From contig OZ024743.1 in NCBI GenBank assembly GCA_964016885.1, positions 222,952,001 through 223,016,000 of the forward strand: a DNA stretch of 64,000 nucleotides, in the 5' to 3' direction. This DNA comes from Eledone cirrhosa. Its lineage: Eukaryota. Below the pieces are notes generated by a model. That model did not search any database and was not told the origin of the DNA. It was given only the letters and a program-made list of their open reading frames with translations. The position numbers and the translations under genes are program-made. This document shows positions 1 to 12,875 of this stretch, one piece after another (position 1 is the stretch's first letter; each line of letters starts with the position of its first letter).

Positions 1-2
1 GC

Positions 3-236
3 CAACCAGATGGCTGTAACCTCTGTCATTTGCTTGACATTCGATCACAGGCAAGAAATGTGTGCGATTCTGAAACTGAGGAGGATTCAGATGGAGACTA
101 TGAAAATGACAAATTAACTTCTGCGTTTGTGAGGACTAGATCTCGTGCCCGGCCACAATGTGTTGTTGGCAGCAGCTTCAAGAGGAAGTGTAAAACTCAG
201 ATTGGCAGCGCTTCCAAGACTTTTGTCATTCCATAG
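3..236 (+). CDS. Probable terminal coding exon of an unidentified gene, truncated by the window edge
   Basis: Frame is open from base 3 to TAG at 234-236 (QPDGCNLCHLLDIRSQ...DSETEEDSDGDYEND...SKTFVIP*). Composition is coding-like and is followed by TG/T-rich UTR-like sequence. No family motif recognised. Confidence 0.55.
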   Translation, partial: QPDGCNLCHLLDIRSQARNVCDSETEEDSDGDYENDKLTSAFVRTRSRARPQCVVGSSFKRKCKTQIGSASKTFVIP

Positions 237-2237
237 ATGGCTCTTTTTATGACTGCACTCAGGAATGTTTTTCACTATATGTGATGATGGTAGTAATCAT
301 GATGATTATGTGAATGTGTATGTGTGTGTGTATATATGTATATGTATTGCTCATGTGTATGTATATATGTTGGTGTATTGCTTGTGTATATATGTGTATG
401 TGCAAGAATAATGGGTGTATATTTGTGTGGGTGTCTATATATATTTATATTGGTAAAGTAGATTTGGAAAATTACACAGCTAGTGGGTCTTGGCTAACTA
501 AATGTTGTAGTTAGTCTTTCTCTGTTTAGTGAAGAAAAGTGTCATTGGCTGAGTCTACTATGCTGTAGTAAAAATGTACCAGTTGTCTTTGTGCCAAGTG
601 TATTACTGTTGGACATTATAAACAATATTTTTGTTTGTGTGTGTGTGTGTGTGTGCATTATAATTAAATTGAAAAGAGAAAAACAAAAAATGCTAGCTAG
701 AGTTCTATCGACCACATTTTTTTTTTTCTTTTTACTGCAGCAACAACCAAGCATATTATGACCCATTTTCCCTGCTAAATTACAGGTTTAGCCTTGTATA
801 CCCCCATGATGAACTTCATACGACACTTTTTTTTTAGTCAAGGTATTACTATTGGATGCCTTTATTGACACTGACCCCTTTTAGTCACCTCTTACAATAG
901 TCAGTGATACAGTCAACCCATTCTAAACTGTATTCATACATTTCTTTTTCTGCAGCTAAGATAAAAGTTGATTCTTTAATCTGATGAATAATGACTTAAT
1001 GGTTTGTGTAGTCAGGAAAGAAGCAAGCTCTGTACTCTGTAAATTGACAATTTGCAGCTGTGTTAACAAAGTTGCAGTGTCGTTGATACTTTATATGTAA
1101 TCACATAGCTCTCAGCTGTGTATTTAACATCAGGAATTGGGTAACATTCCAATTACACTATATACATGTATGTGTGTATATATATTTTTGTTTTAATCAG
1201 CCATATGTAAAACATAAAGCCCATGTAATACTGAATAGGTTAGATGTATTATCTTGTATAAATTAACCTGTTTAAGTAGGAAACCAGATGGTAACCAAAA
1301 TGTGAATTATTTTTATGCAAATAGATGCGCACTGGTATGCTACTGATTGGCCATCGGCTTTGGTTCCAGACCCATGCCAAAGGATCCATTTTGCTAGACT
1401 AGATAACAATTCTCTAGAATTATATTATGATGTCAGAAACAATCCTTATCCTTTAACTATAATAATGTTTGAAAATGAATTAACAAGTCTGGTGGATAAT
1501 GAGAAATTCGATCATCCACCCATAATTATATCCAGATTAACAGAAGTGCTGGAAAATATGTTGTACCTGTATGTATGTGCGTGTGTGTGTGTATAGATAT
1601 ATAGATATATATATATGATGTAATAATAAAGGTGTGTGAGGAGGGGAGTGGTTATGTCATAATCACTCCCCTCACACACCTTTATTATTACATCATTGCT
1701 CAATACAGAGTTTCTTTTTTTATTCATTTACTTGGAAGATGAAATGTATTTTATGAATTTTTTTTTAAAATAAATAATTTTATTGTGGCAAGTACCACAG
1801 AGGAAGTGATCAACTCTTGGTGTAAGTAGTCTGAGCTGACTTCTATTCTTTGTTAGCTAAGTTCACTTCTACTTTAGTGATAGGTATAAGGCTTGGTTGG
1901 GTAGAGTGTTGGGCTCATGATTACAATATCAGGGGTTCAATTGTTGGAGTGATCAGTATGTTTTTGTGCAAAATATTGCTCCACTCTACTCAGTTGAAAA
2001 TGGTTACCCCAGTAGCTACTGAGGAGTGGGGGTAAAACCTACAATGGACGGACATCCCATCCAAACATTCTCACAATTTAGCTATAAAATAAATTTTGTC
2101 TTACATTTGAGGTGAGAGGTGAATTTGAACATTCTTTTCTCTTAATAGAATTGTTGGCTTTTGTCACTCCAAGCTTATTTTAAGTCCTTCTTGTTCTTGC
2201 ATATTTGGTGTATGGATAGGCTTCACATTTTTTCTCG

Positions 2238-2281
<44 letters not shown>

Positions 2282-2587
2282 AATGGAAATGTAGTGTGGT
2301 GTGAGATTTTAAGTTATATATATTGTGGTGTGAGAATTTGTAAGTTACATCTAGAAAATTTTGTAAAAACATTTTTTTTATTTTATTTATTGCCTTCAGA
2401 GTATATGCTAGTAATGTGAAGTTCTATCCATGACAGCTGTAGCAGAAATAGTATTTGATTATAGCCTTTCAGAACAAAATAGCAATTATATTCAGTTCTT
2501 CACATCCCAGAGGTAGCTGCCTTTGAATTTAGTTAGCATCAGAACATTTTCTTATTTTCATAGTCGTTCATTGATTCAAGAGTCGTA

Positions 2588-2702
2588 GTGGTGCATGGCC
2601 TAGTGGTTAGTTATTGGACTCACAATCATAATATCATGAGTTTGATTACTGGACTGGGCAATGTACTGTGTTCTTGAGCAAGACACTTCATTTCACATTG
2701 CT
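2588..2702 (+). mobile_element. tRNA-derived CORE-like SINE (related copies about 1892-2062 and 39163-39335)
   Basis: A-box-like TGGCCTAGTGGTTAG, B-box-like GAGTTTGATT, and core GTGTTCTTGAGCAAGACACTTCATTTCA shared with the 39163 copy. Confidence 0.65.
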
Positions 2703-3117
2703 TTTCATGATGGAGCTGGAGTCCATATCATTAAAACACCCGAGTTTATATATATATTCATTCATTTATATTCATTTAGAAGTTGTACTCATTACATTAC
2801 ATAATAAAATACACGGAAGAAGTTATTTTTCAAATACACCTCTTTGCTTTCTATTATAATCAAAGCTGTTGCTAACTTCTGGGAGGCTCATGATTTTAAA
2901 AGGTGTTCCATTAACCAAACCAGGTAGCACAGGTTTTCAGATACAAAACAAAAATTAAGTTGTATCAGCTCTGTGTTAAGTATTACAATGTATTCTTTTA
3001 TTTCTTCATCTCTATTCATTCCTACAGTTTAACTCTTTAACGTCCTGTACCACATGAAACAGCATTAGCAAGACATTCTTGAAAATATAGAACCTCACTA
3101 TAACCAATTCCCATTAA

Positions 3118-3305
3118 CCCTTTAGCATTTACATTACTCTATATTTACTATTATATTTTCACAGTAAATATCTTGCATAATATCGAATCTGAGATTTTGA
3201 TATCTATTTTGAGAACAATATCTTAGCATCAGTATGAGCAGCTGGTTTGAACAGAAAAAGGTGAGAGAATTCTGGTCCAATACGGCTGGTTTAAATGCTA
3301 AAGGG
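3118..3305. mobile_element. TTAA-targeting piggyBac-type MITE (other copies about 7214-7404, 38319-38504, 51250-51330, 52782-52935)
   Basis: TIRs CCCTTTAGCATTTA / TAAATGCTAAAGGG flanked by TTAA at 3114-3117 and 3306-3309; non-coding. Confidence 0.85.
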
Positions 3306-4659
3306 TTAAAAAATTGTCAGTACAGTAATACTGCAAATTTTAACAATGGTCATTCCTCTAATAATAAAAAAAAACACTAAACACGTGTTTGAACCAATAA
3401 ACCTATTTTTAGATATTTTCTATATAATCATTATAGTAAGTTAAGAGTTAAATACCTACAGTGCTATCTTCAAATTGTCATTATTGTGGAAGTGTAATTT
3501 GCAATAATTGATTGCTTAGGTAGGTAATGAGTAAGATAAAACAATCATGTTTTGATATTTGGCATTACAGGTCCTAATATTATTAAATTGTTAATATTGC
3601 ACTTCACATTTTCTTTAATTCTATTAAGTTATTCCATGTCATCTTACAGTTTTCATTCTCCTCCTCCTCACTCAATTTCAAGTATTTTTTTTAAAATTTG
3701 TTTTCCCTTCTTAACTAAACATTGTTGTTGCAGAGATGCTGTCACTATGAAATGTTTAAGGTTTTTAATATATATATATAATGAAATTGTCTACAAGCAA
3801 AATTCATTAAATAAAATTATGGCAGTGCAATGGAACTAAGGATGTTCCATTGAATCTTGTGTACATCTGAGAAAATATCTGCAGGATGGTTGTTGTTTTT
3901 TTTTTTAAAATCACCCTGTCCTGCTGTCCTCATTTAATCTTTTTCTACTTCAATGCAAAAATCAAAGATATATATCCTCTTCTCTTCTTTCGTTGGCAGA
4001 AAGAAATCAACGGCTGTATTTCTATCTAATTTTATAGAACCTGACAGTTATCTTTTTGATTTTAATTTATTTTTTCATTCAAGATCTCCTAACATTTGTA
4101 ATATTTCAATTTTAAACAAAAAACATAAATAGAAAATTTTGAATAAATCATTTGCAGCAAATAAATTTTATTTAATTAAAAACAATTTTTAAAAATATTT
4201 CATCATTGTTTTGTCTTTCCATATTGGCATGGGTTACACAAGTTGTCACAGTTGGAGACTAGATAATTCAAATACCTCCTTTTGCTCATACATTTCATAT
4301 TTTGGCATGGTTTCTAAAAACATCTACTTTACATGGTATACCAGAGGATATTATTGTGATAGGTATAATCTTTCGTGGCACCAACTGAAGTGAGGTTGGA
4401 GTTTGTAGGGGAATCAGATCTAAACTTTCAGTGAAATTGGTAGGCAGAGTGTATAATGTGCAAAGTCTTCATTAATTTATTCAAATATACTACTACATGA
4501 GAAACGTGATAATGAGAGGCTTTGTATCCAAAACTATGCCAGTATAGCATGACATATGCAATAGATAAGGCAAAGTTTACAGATAAAATAACTCAATTGT
4601 ATTTTGTAAAAAATCTCTTGAGCAGTAATTAAACATTCATTTATTATTATTACAGTAAG

Positions 4660-4790
4660 AGGGTGGTGTATTGGAAGAGCCTCAGACATGCTGTATAGCA
4701 TATTGTTACTTTGAGTTCAAGTCCTGCCACAGCTTTGCCTTTCATCCTTGCCAGGTCAATAAAATAAACTACACTTGGGTTAATTTAATT

Positions 4791-4840
<50 letters not shown>

Positions 4841-5250
4841 AAAAAAATTGTTGGCCTTCTACCTGGATCAGAAACCATTATTACATGCTTTTACAACCAT
4901 TTACATTTTGAGTTCAAATCCCAGCTTTACTTTTCATCCTTACGGAGTCAATAAAATAATGCACTGGGATCAATTTAATAGACTTTCTTCTTCTTCTTCC
5001 CCCCCCCCCCCCCCCCAAATTGTTGGCCTTGTGCCTAAAGTAGAAACAATTATTACAGTAATAGACAGGTGGTGGATTGGCAGAATCATTAGATCGTCCA
5101 ATATAATGTATGGCTGTATATGTTCTGAGTTCAAATCCTGCTATAGTCAACTGGGGTCAAGAAAAGGAAGTACCAGTCAAGTTCTGGTATTGATATAATT
5201 GGCTTTCTCTTTTCTTCAAATTGCTGGCCTTCTGCCTGTTAGAATTATGT
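4660..5250 (+). mobile_element. Cluster of three degenerate copies of the abundant octopus-type tRNA SINE
   Basis: Repeated GAGTTCAAATCC...CTTTCATCCT...GTCAATAAAAT...GGCCTTGTGCC motif string. Confidence 0.7.
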
Positions 5251-5739
5251 TAAAGTATAGCAGAATCAGAAAAAAAATTGGGCTGGGTAGTCACACCCCG
5301 AGTCTAGATAGATCAGAGAACCATGTCTTTCTCATACATTCCATTTCATCAATGTTTAATGTTTATTTTCTTTGTTAGCAAGGGTTGGGCAGGTTGTCAA
5401 TTCATGTTAGTACTTAATTGGAGCTACTGACTGCATCTCGTTTACATAAACTCCAGTACTGGCCGCATTTTATCACGATAGCAGATGAAATTATGAAGCA
5501 ACAAAAAAGGTTATATTTACTAATCTGGTTCGACATGAAAAAACAACTCTGATGTTCATACATAAATGCCCATCAGGCTTTGATTACTGGGATTGGAAAA
5601 TTTCAAACTCAATTTTCTCCAACATGAATGCTACATTATTTGTATGATGTGAAAAATATCCATTTACAAGACAGTGTGAATCAGGATGTTGAAGGAAAGT
5701 GTTAGAAATGACACTGGTTCATTTAACAGTACTGGTGCT

Positions 5740-6190
5740 CAAAAGAAAGAGGCCTGGAAATGTTATGAGAGATTGAAAAATGGGAAGATGAGAAACTGCC
5801 CCCAACTTACCCATCAGAAGGACCAGCTATTGAGGTTGACAGTTATAGATGAAGACTGGTAAAGCTGTGGGACTGTCAGAGATAGTTGCTGAGATGCTAA
5901 AAGCATAGGGAAAAGTAGGGGTTCAACTAGTAACCTGCAGAATCAATCAGGTAATACAGGACGGAATCATACCCAATGACTGGTGCAGCTGTACAATCAT
6001 AAATTGCTACAAGGGCAAAGGTGATGCTCTAGAAAGTAGCAATTATAGAAGAAACCATAGAAATAGACCAAGAAAGAACTGGGCTGAGATTGTGAGAACT
6101 GACTTCAAATCACTGAGATGTCGAAGGAACATGGAGAGATGTGTTGAAAAGGACCCATCCAGCCCATGCGAGTGTGTAAAAATGATGAGA
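5740..6190 (+). mobile_element. Degenerate, internally deleted RTE-clade LINE fragment
   Basis: Encodes EGPAIEVD...IVAEMLKA...INCYKGKGDALESSNYR, then jumps to GRPRKNWAEIVR; collinear with the 43178-44692 element. Confidence 0.8.
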
Positions 6191-6451
6191 TGCTACTCCC
6201 AACAACTTTTTAAATCCCCCAAAATAAGACTTCCACGCTATTTGTCCCTTACAAAACTTGAACCTCTGTCATAACTTTACAACAAAACTATTTCACTTCA
6301 ACTGACTCTGCCCTCCTTAATATCATTATGAAAAAGATCCCTTTCCAGGTAAACTAAGAACACCTCCATACAAGTATGACATAAATCTGAAGTTTTGTCA
6401 TGTAGTGATAGATATGGCATAAGGCAATGGGGCTTGAAACCTATTCAAGTT

Positions 6452-6505
<54 letters not shown>

Positions 6506-7109
6506 TAGATACACACACAGCCTCTTGTATTTGTGTAGAGAAAATATAGATGCAGGCATGGTGCATGGTTAAGGAGTTCATTCTGCCATCACAAGGTTCT
6601 GGGTTCAGTCTTGAGTTAACCAATGTTATTTGCATGGAATTTGGTAAGTGAAAACTGCAGAAGCCCATTGTATGTATATACATAATATATAAAGTGTCAG
6701 TTGGGGAGTAATACTAATTACTACAGATGGTATGTGTTTCAGCACTCAAGGCTTTTGCATGAATTGGATATTCAGTTGTAAATATAGGATTAATACCATC
6801 ATCTGTTTTTTATTGGTGTAATATGCAGAGTGCTTATATTTATAAATAGAGATCAAAGTTTCAATTCCAACATTTTTTATTTGTAATCACACAGATCAAT
6901 TCACTCATCAGATGCAATGGAGATTAGAATCAGAATATGTACATCTCTGTTTGTATAAGACATCAGACCTGCCTATGAGGGGAAATTGACCATGCCCAAA
7001 TGCCATGTTATAAAGTGTTGTAAACCCTGTCATTTGTGAAAAACGTTATGCATGATTACAAATAAAAAATGTAGTACTGAAACTTCAACCTCTTCCTTAA
7101 TGTGTGTGT

Positions 7110-7605
7110 GTGTGTGTGTGTTTTTATGTTTACATTTGTATCTGTTCATGTCCTCCGGTAACTTAATATGTGTTTATGTTTAAATTTGTAACTGTCAATG
7201 TTTAGTCCCATAATTTAACCCTTCATCATTTACATTATTCTATATATACCATTGTATTTTTGTGGTAAAGGCTTTATCTCACATAATATCTAATCTACAA
7301 GATGTTGATGTTATTTATTTTGATAACAATAAATGTCAGTATGAGTAGTCAGTTATGGCCAGTTTGAACAGAAAGAGGTGGGATATGGCCTGTTAAAAGG
7401 TTAATACATGTACGTTTATGTTTACATTTATATCTATCAATGTTTGTCCTCCCATAACTTAATAGTATGTATTTATGTTCATGTTTATATTTGTATCTGT
7501 CCATGTTTATGTCCCATAACTTAATATGTGTGTGTGTGTGTGTGTGTGTGTTTATGATTATGTTTACATTTGTATCTATCAATGTTTATGTCCCATAACT
7601 TAGTG
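7110..7605. repeat. Degenerate minisatellite (unit about 55 bp) interrupted by a TTAA MITE
   Basis: Recurrent TTTATGTTTACATTTGTATCT...CCCATAACTTAATA units on both sides of the 7214-7404 MITE. Confidence 0.65.
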
Positions 7606-8039
7606 GTGTAACAAAAAATAGATAAAATACGACTTGACTCGTATATACCAGACTTAAAAAAACAAGTATTCGCGACAATATGGTGGGACTAAATCAAGGT
7701 GGTGCTCCAGCATGGCCACTGTCTAATGATTGAAATCTGTAAAAGAATAAGAATGGAGTGTCAACATCTTTCCTGTAAGTTTAATCAGTATTTTATCAGT
7801 AGCCAATATTGAACTGACAGCCTAATTGTTAATATATCTTTGAACAGGTTGGTTGGTAGATTTATTTTTTATTCTGTAATTTATGTCAACATTTTATCTT
7901 TGTGCAATCTCTAAGTTTACATGTTGTCATTCATTAACAATGATTTGTTTCTCTCTTTTTTTTATATAAATAGAAGTTTCCAATTGAAAAAGCTGATTCA
8001 AGGTGAATAACATCTAGCTGAATCATCTTGCTCAAGTCT

Positions 8040-8225
8040 GATACTCATTTTATAAATCTCTGTTCATTGATCCACAAAGGTGCAACGGCTCTTCCAGCGC
8101 ATCTCCCTCACCACCCTCTGGGGAAACACTCTCTCCGTGGGACCCCATTTGCTCTTAATAGTGAGAGATGGGGAGGGTGAGAAAGACGGAGGCATTGACA
8201 GTGGAAGTTCGGCTCCTCTGTGTTC
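8040..8225 (+). mobile_element. CRE-clade non-LTR retrotransposon 3' remnant
   Basis: Translates LFQRISLTTLWGNTLSV, resembling the CRE C-terminal LFQRxSxAxxRGNA motif. Confidence 0.5.
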
Positions 8226-8659
8226 AGACCTGGTGTATATGTGTGTGTGTATGTTTATTTCTATTCATTTGATATTATATGCTTGGCTAATTGTGGTGCT
8301 CTACTTTCGTTTAACAGCACTGCTGTACACAAACACAGATACAGTGTCACTGATGCACACTTCCACACATTTTCTGTTTACCAAATATTGCCAAGGCATT
8401 AATTAACCAAAAGTTATAGCAGAAAATGCTTGTCCAAAGTTCCATACAATAGAATTGACCCTGAAATCATGTGGCTGCAAAGAGAACTCCTTTCCCACCC
8501 TATGATATGTGGTGTATATATTTTACAACAGATAACCAAATCTAACTGTCCAGTTTTTCCCCTCTTCTCTTTATTAACCCTTTCGTTACCATATTTCTAA
8601 TGTCTATGATAATCAAGAATTTGGAGAAACTTCGTTAAATGACTAACTTTCTCATTATT

Positions 8660-9090
8660 AAGCTGCTTAAGTTTTGTCTGGTCAATGTTTCTTTGCGGCT
8701 ACAAATTGTGGATTTCCACGAATCAGACACGGAGATACCTCAAGTCTACCAAGATGTATTTCTATCACAGAATACTCAGAACCTTGTACGTCGACCAAAT
8801 AAATAATGAAGAGGTTTTGAAGAGAGTGCAGATGGAACATGCGATACTGCTCACTATTAAAATGGACAACTAATGTTCCTAGGACATGCCATCAGGAAAG
8901 GCATGCTGGAAGACCTTTCCATTAGTGGAAAAATTCCTGGGAAGTGTGCCAGAGGTTGTCAAAGGAGGTCATTTTTTAACAATTTCAACATCAAAGCCAC
9001 AGAAATATGGGATCTTGCCCAAGATTGGACAGCGTGGAAGATCATGGTTTATCAAACACTGATACAGTGATAGCACAAGAAGAAAAAGAG
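8660..9090 (+). mobile_element. RTE-like LINE 3' remnant
   Basis: Y-HRILR...NEEVLKRV...FLGHAIRK...GKIPGKCARG...LAQDWTAWK, followed by a GAA-type tail. Confidence 0.7.
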
Positions 9091-9379
9091 TTTTTGGAAC
9101 ATAACTTAAAGGTTCTTCTTCTTTGCCCACTTATTCCTGGGAGTCCTGAAGTACACCTTCTAGTGGCCTGCCTCTCCTTGGACAGCTGACCTCCTCCATA
9201 AAATTAGATCGATAGCAGCAGATCTGAGGAAGGAGCCCCACGGGTGGCTGTTGCAGCGTGTGTCACTGGCCACAGTCTGAGGAAATGCCTTTTTCTCCAT
9301 GGAGATTTGCTATCATTTTATCATGAATAAATAATGATAACAACTGCTTGACTAAAGAAGCAAATGACTTTAATAACTC

Positions 9380-9975
9380 TTTCTAGACATTGGCACAAGT
9401 CCAGTAATATGTGTGTCAATTATATCAGCCCCAGTACAGGACTAGTACTTTATTTTATTGACCACAGAAGGATGAAAGGCAAAGTTGACTGTGACGAGAT
9501 TTGAATTCAGACAGTGGCAATCCATCAAACTTATTTTTGGTCTCTAATTTTAGGCACAATGCCAGCAATTTGTGGGGAGGGAAATATTGACCCCAGTATG
9601 TGATTGGTACTTCATGTTATCAACCCTGGAAGGACGAAAGGCAATATTGATCAAGGCAGGATTAGATCTTTGAAAATACCGCAAAGCATTTACTTGTATC
9701 TGACATTTTATCAAATCTGCCGATTTGATAGCTGCAAATTATGTATGATAATAATAATAATTGTTTCTACTTTAGGCACAAGGCCAGCAATTTGAAGGGA
9801 AGGGGAAAGTCAATTAGATCGACCCCAGTGCATTACCGGTGCTTTATTTATCAATCCTGTGTGAATGAAAGATAAAGCTAACCTCGGTGGGATTTTAACT
9901 CAGAATGTAAAGGGTTATAACCCTATGCTGCAAAGCATGTTGTCTGATGCTCTACTGATTCTGCCAATCCACCAA
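9380..9975 (-). mobile_element. Three tandem octopus-type SINE copies on the minus strand
   Basis: Repeated GGCACAAGGCCAGCAATTT...GACCCCAGT...GGATGAAAGGCAAAGTTGAC...GATTTGAA motifs. Confidence 0.75.
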
Positions 9976-10177
9976 TGATAGTTGAGAAAATTGGGTAAAA
10001 TACACCTGGAGATGGGAACAAGTGGACAGAGGTACCTGCATCTGCCTTTCCCCATCTCCAGGGGTACTTTACCTGATTTTCGCAATGATTATTTATAGGG
10101 ATCGAGTACTATTGTTATGGTCATTTGTGTTGGGACAAATAATTATGAATTTCAATAGTTATTTAGAGATAACCCAG

Positions 10178-10278
10178 CCGGATCAGTTGGAGACAGTTGC
10201 TTCCGACAGGGACCCACTGGAAGGAGTGTTTGAGTACTCTGCCTCCATGACCATCTCAAGAATACGTGGGCAAAAAAG
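10178..10278 (+). mobile_element. About 100-bp 5'-truncated RTE-type LINE 3' end with a 24-bp flanking direct repeat (related copy about 20060-20270)
   Basis: AATAGTTATTTAGAGATAACCCAG at 10154-10177 and 10279-10302; the interior aligns with 20165-20270. Confidence 0.7.
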
Positions 10279-12875
10279 AATAGTTATTTAGAGATAACCC
10301 AGGCACTGCTGTTTGTAATGGAAAATAGACAAAAACCAGGACTTTACTAACTACTTCATCTTTGTACCAGTTACCATTGAAGCTTCTGATGTAGATGGTC
10401 CTCCAAACTGTCATTTTCCTCCACAAACACGGAGGAACTGTGTGAGGTGCTGTAGCTGATGTCACCTTTGTTATTTTGTCCATGGAGCACAACTGAAATA
10501 TATCACCTAGACAAGGGTGTACAGTCTTCTACTCCCTCCTCCTTGCCCTTACTTTCACTATTTAATTTTTTCCTCTTTTTCTTCTATTTTTATTGCAATT
10601 GAAATGTGTTGAATTATAATATGAAAAATCAGAATTACAGCAGCATGTTTGAGTAAAGAGCTCCATGTTGCAGCAAGTGTCGCTGGCCATTGTGGTAGTG
10701 CACAGCTGAAACTCCACATTGATATATAGGTGTAGTCTGTCAACCCTCTCCACTTCTCCCTTTCTTTCATTGCCTAATAATCCTTGCTCTTCCCCCTCCT
10801 TTTTTCCTCTCATTTATAGCATTTAGTCCTTTCCAATACTACTTTCTTTTTCTGTATATTTGTCTAAATATTAAATTCTTTATTATTTTTATGTAATAAA
10901 ATGATCTTAGGAATATATTTTCAGTATTTTCTGATTTTGAATCTGTTTATCTTTTGTATTTAAAATAAAACTTTCACTTTATGACCATCTAAAGAATTTT
11001 TTTGTTCCAAAGGTAAAAAACCCTTTCACTGTCCTCTCCCTTTATTGTTTTTCTCTTTCATGAGCAGGGTTGCTAAGTTAGACATTCTTGAAATTTGTTT
11101 GTTTTCACTTCCTTATATTCTAGCCATTTGAATTTTCCTTGACTTTTTAAAAAAATGTTATATCTTTACTTAAATCATAAAATATATCACCACATACACA
11201 CACACTCACTCACAGACACATACAGACACACCATGCCACACTACTCACACACAACTACATATAGTTCAAGATTTATTGTTGATATAACTATAAATTGGTC
11301 AAACATAGAAAAAGAAAAGAAAGCAGTATTGGAAAGGACCATCATTACTATGAGAGGAAAAAGAGGGAAAGAACATCACCAAAATCATATAGCTATAAAG
11401 AATCAAGTACTTTGAGATAACAGAGCCAGGATGGGACAGGGGTCATTAGCACTTGCCCTTTTACACTGACTATCCTATAAAACAAGGGGCCTTGGCACTT
11501 GCCCCTAACCACTGACTATCTCATAAATCAAAAATAATTTACTCTATAGACACATATTGGATCCCTATTCCACTTTTGAGATACACCATATTTTTGTAGT
11601 ACCGTTGTTTGCTGTTGTAGGTAATTAAAGAGCTGGTGGTGGTGGTGTTGGCATATGGTGGAGGTGATGATGGTTGTTGTATGGTGGTGTTGGTGGTTGT
11701 ATGCGGTGGACGTGATGGTGTTAGTGGTGTGGTGGTGGTGAATGTTGTATTTAGCAGGGAAATATTAAGCTTGTATGAGGCCCAGGGCTAGATATTGTTA
11801 TGGGAGTAAAAAAATTCATTTGGATCTTTTTAATAATGATGGAGGTGGTGTAAGTTTGTATTAGCTTCGGAGATGATGATGATGGCGTTGATAGTGGTAG
11901 TATTGGCAGAACAGGGGTTACCTTAAGGTATTTGTTCTGTCTTTCTATTTTCTGCGTTCAGTCAACATTGACGTCCATCCTCCTAAGGTGAGAATGGAGG
12001 AGGGGGGTCGATAAATACAGTACCAGGTTAAGCTAAATTGCTGGCCTTGTGCCTAATTTAAAAATCGTTGTCGTCGTTGTTGTTGTTATTGTTATTGCTA
12101 TAGTGGTCGTGGTCGTTGTTGTGATTGTTGTCGGTGGTGGTTCTGTAATTGACGTTGGTGATGTGATAGTGTTGGGAAACGCGGTGGCGATATTATTCTT
12201 TTCGGGGTGAAGGGCAACCTGGAGATCAAAGCTATTTTAGCCGTCATTGTCGCAGACATTTTCTTTCCTCCCTACCCTATTTTTTTAAAAAGATAGTCAA
12301 GCCATACTCCTCGCTTCACCCAACTGACGCCACATCACTGAAATCTTATTCTTTTCCTTCCACGCACACAAAAAGCGATGTTTGTGTGTGTTTATAAATA
12401 GGCCCTGCAGATATACATACACGTTGGATCATCTGCCGTTTTCGACGATGAGCATTCAGTCTTTCAATCAACAGAACAACCTACTCATAGACATGTGTAC
12501 TGGTAACGTAATTCTCAGAATCAGAATTACATGATGTGTAACATGGCTGGATCTTTCAATTACAGGTATAGCCCATTTGATGGGCTTCCACACAGTTTCT
12601 GTCTACTCAATTTCACTCACTAGAATTGGCTTGAATTACGCAAATATAGAAGAAAAAGTATACAAAGTGCGTCAGCTGACAAAGAAGGAAGAGAATGGTG
12701 CGCGAGGACTTAACCAAAGGAGAAAATATATAGAAAGGAGAGAAATAGTAAAATAGAAGAGAATAATATGGACTGTAGTCCAACTTGAAGACAAAGAAGA
12801 GTGACACTGAGGCGTAGAAAAGGTAAAAAAGGAAAATATAGGAAAACAGACCGGACGATGTGATGTCTATTAGAA

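Noticed and set aside
2588-2660. tRNA gene
   Set aside because: Only degenerate A/B boxes fused to a SINE core; no cloverleaf.
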